Shown here one piece after another: positions 58,733-64,000 of a stretch of 64,000 nucleotides of DNA. Every line of letters begins with the position of its first letter. Position 1 is the first letter of the stretch. The notes under the pieces were generated by a model. The model saw nothing but the letters and a program-made list of their open reading frames with translations, made no database searches and had not been told where the DNA came from. Made by a program: the position numbers and the translations under genes. The DNA comes from Terriglobia bacterium (lineage in GTDB: Bacteria; Acidobacteriota; Terriglobia; JAJPHL01; JAPKYU01). The DNA is taken from contig CBDBKE010000004.1 in assembly GCA_965206645.1 (NCBI GenBank), positions 192,001 through 256,000 on the forward strand. The letters are read 5' to 3'.

Positions 58733-59686
58733 TCAGTTCCCGCCGCCCGAGTTTTCCTGTGATACAAAACAGGATTCTTCCGCAGGGCAGTTCAAGCGGC
58801 CCGATTCGATCTGGATGGCCGAGTGGGCGATGGCAAACCGCTCCCGCAACACCTGCTGCGCGCTCGCCAGCAGGTCGGAGCGGCTGGCGGCATCGTCGGC
58901 CACTAGGTGGCAGCTCAGCGCCACCGCGCCTTCGCCGACTGACCAGACGTGCAGATCGTGAATTCGGTTCACGCGTGGAATTCGCCGCAGCGCCGTTTCC
59001 ACCTGGTCAAAGGCGATGTGCGGCGGCACCGACAGCATCAGCAGCGAGCCGCTGCGGCGCAACAGGGTCCAGGAACTGGTAAGGATCAAGGCGGCGACCA
59101 CCATACCGGCCAGCGGGTCCAGGATCATGGTGCCAAATAGGAAGATACCAGCGGCGGCCACCAGTGCGGCCACCGACCCCAGCAGATCCCCGATGACGTG
59201 CAGGAAAGCGCCGCGCAGATTGATGCTGGTCTTCTGGCCTCGGAACAGCAGCATGGCGGCCACCACGTTGCCGACCATGCCGACCAGCGTCACTGCCAGC
59301 ATCAGCCCGCCGTGGACTTGCTCGGGCGCGTTGAGGCGGCCGAACGCCTTCCACACGATCACCACTGCCAGCAGCATCACCAACAGCGCGTTGACGAAGG
59401 CGGCTAGGGTTTCCGTGTGGCGATAGCCGTATGTTTTTTGAGGCGTGGGCGGACGCTCGGCCAGCCGCATGGCGATCAGGCTCAACCCCATAGCGGCCAG
59501 GTCCGTCAGCACGTGGCCGGAGTCGGCCAGCAGAGCCAGGCTGTTCGAGAGTAATCCGCCGGTGACTTCGGCGACAAAGACAACAAAGGTAATGAGTAAA
59601 GCGGCGCGCAGGCGTCGCCGGTTCTGAGATCGCCAGTCGGGGTGTGGGTGTTCGTGCACCTGCCCCCTAGCCCGCGTCTCCCCCAT
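58733..59686 (-). CDS. Cation diffusion facilitator (CzcD/ZitB-like) transporter
   Basis: His-rich N-terminus, SLALLADSGHVLTD, KTYGY, NLRGAFLHVIGDLLGS, IHDLHVW. Confidence 0.93.
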   Translation of the reverse strand: MGETRARGQVHEHPHPDWRSQNRRRLRAALLITFVVFVAEVTGGLLSNSLALLADSGHVLTDLAAMGLSLIAMRLAERPPTPQKTYGYRHTETLAAFVNALLVMLLAVVIVWKAFGRLNAPEQVHGGLMLAVTLVGMVGNVVAAMLLFRGQKTSINLRGAFLHVIGDLLGSVAALVAAAGIFLFGTMILDPLAGMVVAALILTSSWTLLRRSGSLLMLSVPPHIAFDQVETALRRIPRVNRIHDLHVWSVGEGAVALSCHLVADDAASRSDLLASAQQVLRERFAIAHSAIQIESGRLNCPAEESCFVSQENSGGGN

Positions 59687-59693
59687 GCTGCCC

Positions 59694-60197
59694 TTATTCT
59701 CCTTCGACCACCTGCACTTCCGCACCGGCTGCCGCCAGTTCCCGGAGGATGGCCGCCCGCTCCTCCGACCGCGCTCGCAGCATCACCACGGTGGCGCCGT
59801 CCGCCACCTGGCGTCGTGCAGGCTCCGGCACCTCCAGCTTCAGGCTAAGGATGCGCCCGCGGACCAGCAGCACGATTAGCGCGGCCCCGATGGCTCCCAG
59901 GGCAGCACCGGCGAAAGTGACAATACCGATCGGGGGCGCAGGAATCCGGGGTAGGCCACCGACGTCCAGGCCCATCCAGATGCCGGTGGCTGCGGCCAGC
60001 AAGCCTCCCAAGAGACCGCCCAAGACGCCGCCCGCCACTGGGGCAAATCCTAAGCGTGCTGTCACCTTGGCCGAAGTCCCGTGGGGAGTTTCGAGCGGGG
60101 CGGCGGAGAACAGTTCCGCATCGGGCCAGCGCTCCGCCACAGACAGCGCCGCGCGCTCGTCACGGAACACTGCCCACACCTGCGCCTCGTCGCTCAT
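59694..60197 (-). CDS. ActD-like (DUF3341) membrane subunit
   Basis: Two TM helices with VGGLP...PPIGIVTF; directly after the NrfD subunit with overlapping stop/start. Confidence 0.65.
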   Translation of the reverse strand: MSDEAQVWAVFRDERAALSVAERWPDAELFSAAPLETPHGTSAKVTARLGFAPVAGGVLGGLLGGLLAAATGIWMGLDVGGLPRIPAPPIGIVTFAGAALGAIGAALIVLLVRGRILSLKLEVPEPARRQVADGATVVMLRARSEERAAILRELAAAGAEVQVVEGE

Positions 60198-61642
60198 GCT
60201 CCTGTCTCCGAGCCAGCGGGCGAGGCGGTCACTGCTGAGGGGGCAGGCGCTAGCTCTCTCAAGGGCGCAGGCTCCGACCTCTGCCCCAGCAGTCGCCGGC
60301 CTTCCTTGTACTCCCAGATAGCGACAATGGGAAACAGCTTGGAGAACACCACGTAAAGGAGAATGAAGTAGGCGAAGGAGCCGGCCATGATGGACAGCTC
60401 AACCCAGCTTGGCCGGTATTCGTGCCACATGAAGCTGAGGCGCGGGTGGGACAGCGTGCCGGCCACGATGGTGAAGCGCTCCAACCACATCCCCACCACC
60501 ACGAACAGAGAAGCCACCGTGGTCCCCAGCGGCGTGCGCGTTCGCCGGAAGGCCAGAATGGGCAGAGGTATAAGCAGGCAGCAGGCCACCATGGTCCAGA
60601 AGTAGGGAGCCATCCCGCCGGAAATCTTGTACAAGAACACCGGCATCTCGTGCTCGCCGTGACCGTAGTAGACGGTCAGGTACTCGGCAAAAGTGAAATA
60701 ACTCCACAGAAGGCAGAAGGTCAGCAGCAGCAGCCCCAGGTTGTTGAAATGCACGTCTTCCAGGTACCTCTCCAGCTTCAGGGAGCGCCGAATGACGTAA
60801 AGCGCGACGATCACGGCGGCGATGCCCGAGAAGATGGCGCCCACCACGAAGTAGGGCCCGAAGATGGTGCTGTGCCACATCGGGTTCACCGTCATGCCGA
60901 AGACCCACGACACCACTGTGTGCACCGAAATCGCCAGGGGCATGATGATGATGGCCATCACCGCGATGGTCTTCTCCAGCAGCGCCCACTGGCGGCTGCT
61001 GCCCACCCAGCCCATTGCCAGCAGCCGGTAAAGCCGCTGGCGCCAGCCGCCGCTGGGCAGTGAATCGCGCGCCAGCGCCAGGTCCGGGATCATCGGGAGG
61101 TAGAGGTAAGTCAGGCTGCCCAGCAGGTACGCGTTGATGCAGGAGAAATCCCACAGCAGCGGCGAGCGGAAGTTCGGCCACAGGTCGCGCAGGCTGGGGT
61201 AGGGAATCACCCAGTAGAACAACCAGACGCGGCCCAGGTGGATCAGGATGAACATGGGCCCGATCATCAACGCGAATACGGTGATCGCTTCGGCAGCACG
61301 GGTAATGGGGTGGCGCCAACCTGCGTTGGTCACCCGAAGGATGGCGGAGATCAACGTGCCGGCGTGGCTGATGCCGATCCAGAAGACAAAGTTGACGATG
61401 TAGACGCCCCACATCACCCGCTGGTTGATGCCCGCCACCCCCATGCCGGTCGTCACTTGGTAGGAGAAAGCCACCAGAGCCCAGGCCATCACCAGGCTCA
61501 GCAGACCGACGGTGATCCAGAAGCGGGGCGTGGTGTCGAGAAGAGGGCGCAGCAGATCGGAGTTGATCTGTTGCACATCGAGCGTTTCTGCGCCGGGACT
61601 GGAGTTACTCTGCTGCACCAGGCGTGCCTCTCCAGTCGTCAC
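60194..61642 (-). CDS. NrfD/PsrC-family integral membrane subunit (ActC/QrcD-like)
   Basis: WGVYIVNFVFWIGISHAGTLISAILR, HLGRVW, NFRSPLLWDF, SVHTVVSW, GMWLERF. Confidence 0.92.
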   Translation of the reverse strand: MTTGEARLVQQSNSSPGAETLDVQQINSDLLRPLLDTTPRFWITVGLLSLVMAWALVAFSYQVTTGMGVAGINQRVMWGVYIVNFVFWIGISHAGTLISAILRVTNAGWRHPITRAAEAITVFALMIGPMFILIHLGRVWLFYWVIPYPSLRDLWPNFRSPLLWDFSCINAYLLGSLTYLYLPMIPDLALARDSLPSGGWRQRLYRLLAMGWVGSSRQWALLEKTIAVMAIIIMPLAISVHTVVSWVFGMTVNPMWHSTIFGPYFVVGAIFSGIAAVIVALYVIRRSLKLERYLEDVHFNNLGLLLLTFCLLWSYFTFAEYLTVYYGHGEHEMPVFLYKISGGMAPYFWTMVACCLLIPLPILAFRRTRTPLGTTVASLFVVVGMWLERFTIVAGTLSHPRLSFMWHEYRPSWVELSIMAGSFAYFILLYVVFSKLFPIVAIWEYKEGRRLLGQRSEPAPLRELAPAPSAVTASPAGSETGA

Positions 61643-62312
61643 GTTTCAGGTAAATGACCGCCGGCTCGGTTCCCAAATCCTCCAGCAGCTTGAAGCTGCG
61701 GCCGGAGCGGGCTGTCTGCGAGACACGGCTGTCGGGATCCTCGAGGTCGCCGAAGTACATCGCTTCGGCCGGACAGGCCTGCACGCATGCCGGCGTCACC
61801 TCGCCGTCGCGCAACGGCCGTTCCTCGTTCTTGGCGTTCATTTGGGCGCGCTGGATGCGGTGGGAGCAAAAGGTGCACTTCTCCATCATGCCGCGGCTCC
61901 GCCGGGAGACGTCCGGGTTGTGCTGCAGGTCGAGCGGCGGGTCAGTCGAATAGTCAAACCAGTTGAAGTAACGCACCGTATAGGGGCAGGCGTTGGCGCA
62001 GAAGCGCGTCCCGATGCAACGGTTGTACACCTGCACGTTCAGGCCCTGCTCGTTGTGATAGGTGGCGTAGACCGGGCAAACCGGCTCGCAGGGCGCTTGG
62101 CCGCAGTGCTGGCACATCACCGGCATGAAGCGGGCCCGGACGTCAGGAAACTCTCCCTCGTAGTAGCGCTCGATGCGAATCCAAGACAGCATCCGCCCTT
62201 TTTCACATTCTTGCTCGCCCACGACCGGCACGTTGTTTTCGGCGCGGCAGGCCACCACGCATGCTTCGCAACCGGTGCAGCGATCCAGATCAATGACCAT
62301 TCCCCAGCGCAT
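61605..62312 (-). CDS. 4Fe-4S dicluster subunit (ActB2/QrcC/NrfC-like)
   Basis: CTGCEACVVAC, CQHCGQAPCEPVCP, RCIGTRFCANACPY, EKCTFC...PACVQACP. Confidence 0.93.
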   Translation of the reverse strand: MRWGMVIDLDRCTGCEACVVACRAENNVPVVGEQECEKGRMLSWIRIERYYEGEFPDVRARFMPVMCQHCGQAPCEPVCPVYATYHNEQGLNVQVYNRCIGTRFCANACPYTVRYFNWFDYSTDPPLDLQHNPDVSRRSRGMMEKCTFCSHRIQRAQMNAKNEERPLRDGEVTPACVQACPAEAMYFGDLEDPDSRVSQTARSGRSFKLLEDLGTEPAVIYLKRDDWRGTPGAAE

Positions 62313-62321
62313 TCATACCCC

Positions 62322-64000
62322 CTAAACTTTGATGACTTTCACACGAGTTGCCGCCCACGCCGCCGGATCCAGCAACGCGCACACGTTGGCACCGCGGTGG
62401 CGCGCATAACGTCCATAGGCAGTGTGCCCCTGGCCGGTGGCGACGACTACCGAATCGGGTGGAATGGCAGGCGAGAGCGCCGCTTGCGCCTTGATTTTCC
62501 CATGCGGCGACTCCAGCCAGATCCGCTCGCCATGGGCTACGCCAAGTTGTGCAGCCGTGTTGGGATTCAGTTCTGCGGCCGTGGTCCACACTGCTTGCGT
62601 TAAAGGGTCGGGTAATTCCTGGAGCCATGGCAGGTTGGCCCCTTCGCCCGTTCCCAGATTCACTCCGGCGTAGACCAGCAACGCCAGACCGCTGGCTTCG
62701 CCCGTCCAGTGCGGCGGCTCAAAGGCGGGGCTCAACTCGCGTGATTCCAGGCTGGGTACAAACTGGTACTTTTTCGACGGAGTGGCAAAGGCGAGAGGCT
62801 CCGGCTCCTCGGCCCATGCGCCGCCACGCTCCAGAGCGTCCGAGAGTTCTTCCTCGGAGGTGAACGAGGCGCCGATGGCGTTTTCCCAGTTCTCGTAAGG
62901 AAGCGGTTTATCCACCCGCGCCGCCAGGGCCAGCAGAGAGTCGGCGGCGTCTTGTGTCTGGTAGAGCGGCGCCAACGCTGGCTTTGCTACCGAGCGGACC
63001 GCACCGATCTCCCCGCCGGCCGCCGAGCGCGACTCCCAGCGTTCCAGAGCGCTGTGATCAGGCAAAACCACGTGTGCCCGCTCGGCAGTTTCGTCGGGGA
63101 ATGTGGACAGGCTGATGAGGAAGGGAACCTTGTCCCAGGGAAGAGCGGGGAATTCGTAGACCGGATTGGCGCCGTAGACCAGGACCACGCGCGCCGAGCT
63201 GAGCAGCGCCTGCCCGTCTCGGCTGGCGAGACTCGCCGCTGGCCGTACTTCCTCCCCTGGAGCGAACCAGAGCCCGCCAGGCACTCCGTAGCTGCCTACC
63301 AGCGCGTTGAGGGCATTGATAGCCACCAGTGCGGGCAGGGAATTGGAGTGGCCCGCGGCACTGCCGCCGGCGACCGCCACCGCCGGCCGGTGCGCGGCGA
63401 ATTCGCGCGCCACGCGCTCAATGCGTTTGGCGTCCAGGCCAGTAGTAGCCGCCACTGCCTCCGGCGGGTAGGCCGCCACGATCTGCCGGAAACGGTCCAG
63501 GCCCTGCGCGTTGCGGGACAGAAACTGCTGGTCCAGCAGCGAGTCGCGCAGCAGCACGTGGGCGATGGCCAGCGCCAGCGCTCCTTCGGTTCCCGGCTTC
63601 AAGGGCAACCATTCGTCAGCGTAGGCGGCTGTCAGCGAAAAACGTGCATCCGCCTGAACCAACTTGCCGCGACGGCCGGGGCGTCCCTGCCGCATGTGAG
63701 CCAGCAGGCGCTGCGTGCGAACCGGCGAAGGTCCGGCCTCGACCAACTGGGCGCCGAATGACAGCACATAGTTGGCGTTGCCGAAATCCGGGGCGGCGTG
63801 TGACGGGTAGCCGCACGTGAGTCGATTTGCCTCCAAGACCGCGCCTTCATCCAGAGGTTCGGCGATCAGGTGGCAGGCCCCGCCCAGCGCCCGGAGAAAT
63901 TCTCCTATCAATCGGCCGCGCAGCCCGTTCAGCCGGCGCGTCACCAGCACAATGCGCTGGGGTTCGGCGAGGGCCTCCCGCAACGTTCCGGCGGCGGCCC
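62322..64000 (-). CDS. Molybdopterin-oxidoreductase-like subunit (ActB1/QrcB-like), 5' end outside the window
   Basis: RFSLTAAYADEW, LKPGTEGALALAIA, DETA..A.VVLPDHS.LERW, NLPWLQELPDP, GQGHTAYGRYA..RGAN; frame open to the window edge. Confidence 0.88.
   Translation of the reverse strand, partial: AAAGTLREALAEPQRIVLVTRRLNGLRGRLIGEFLRALGGACHLIAEPLDEGAVLEANRLTCGYPSHAAPDFGNANYVLSFGAQLVEAGPSPVRTQRLLAHMRQGRPGRRGKLVQADARFSLTAAYADEWLPLKPGTEGALALAIAHVLLRDSLLDQQFLSRNAQGLDRFRQIVAAYPPEAVAATTGLDAKRIERVAREFAAHRPAVAVAGGSAAGHSNSLPALVAINALNALVGSYGVPGGLWFAPGEEVRPAASLASRDGQALLSSARVVLVYGANPVYEFPALPWDKVPFLISLSTFPDETAERAHVVLPDHSALERWESRSAAGGEIGAVRSVAKPALAPLYQTQDAADSLLALAARVDKPLPYENWENAIGASFTSEEELSDALERGGAWAEEPEPLAFATPSKKYQFVPSLESRELSPAFEPPHWTGEASGLALLVYAGVNLGTGEGANLPWLQELPDPLTQAVWTTAAELNPNTAAQLGVAHGERIWLESPHGKIKAQAALSPAIPPDSVVVATGQGHTAYGRYARHRGANVCALLDPAAWAATRVKVIKV

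Overview
GC-rich bacterial chromosomal segment. The gene content (TIGR03437-like C-terminal remnant, CRTAC1/ASPIC-UnbV protein, DUF1501 + DUF1549/DUF1553 pairs, GACCGCTTGCTGACGCGCGCGGCTC-type REP) suggests Acidobacteriota; this is inference, no search was run. The backbone carries rmuC, a PolB-like 3'-5' exonuclease, degP/htrA, an M20 peptidase, truA, pyrE, a frameshifted tolC-like gene, ino1, DUF72, tpiA-secG-tRNA-Leu(GAG), and the distal part of an ACIII/Qrc-like respiratory operon followed by a CDF exporter and a cytochrome c. Accessory material includes an intact IS1380 plus a second IS1380 end flanking a pdxT 3' fragment. It also includes a 6.2 kb decayed island bounded by a 27-bp tRNA-Leu att repeat (RRE-like methyltransferase, IS3-interrupted nucleoside transporter, phage-like remnant), and a decaying 41.5-58 kb region. 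The most striking unexplained signal is structural. (i) Accessory genes repeatedly sit between direct repeats made of the 3' end of the upstream host gene plus downstream regulatory DNA (18.7-21.8 kb, 30.4-32.1 kb, possibly pdxT, and an empty 179-bp tandem copy at 28.5-28.8 kb). (ii) Genes carry locally templated insertions and short duplications. No CRISPR array or rRNA was found.
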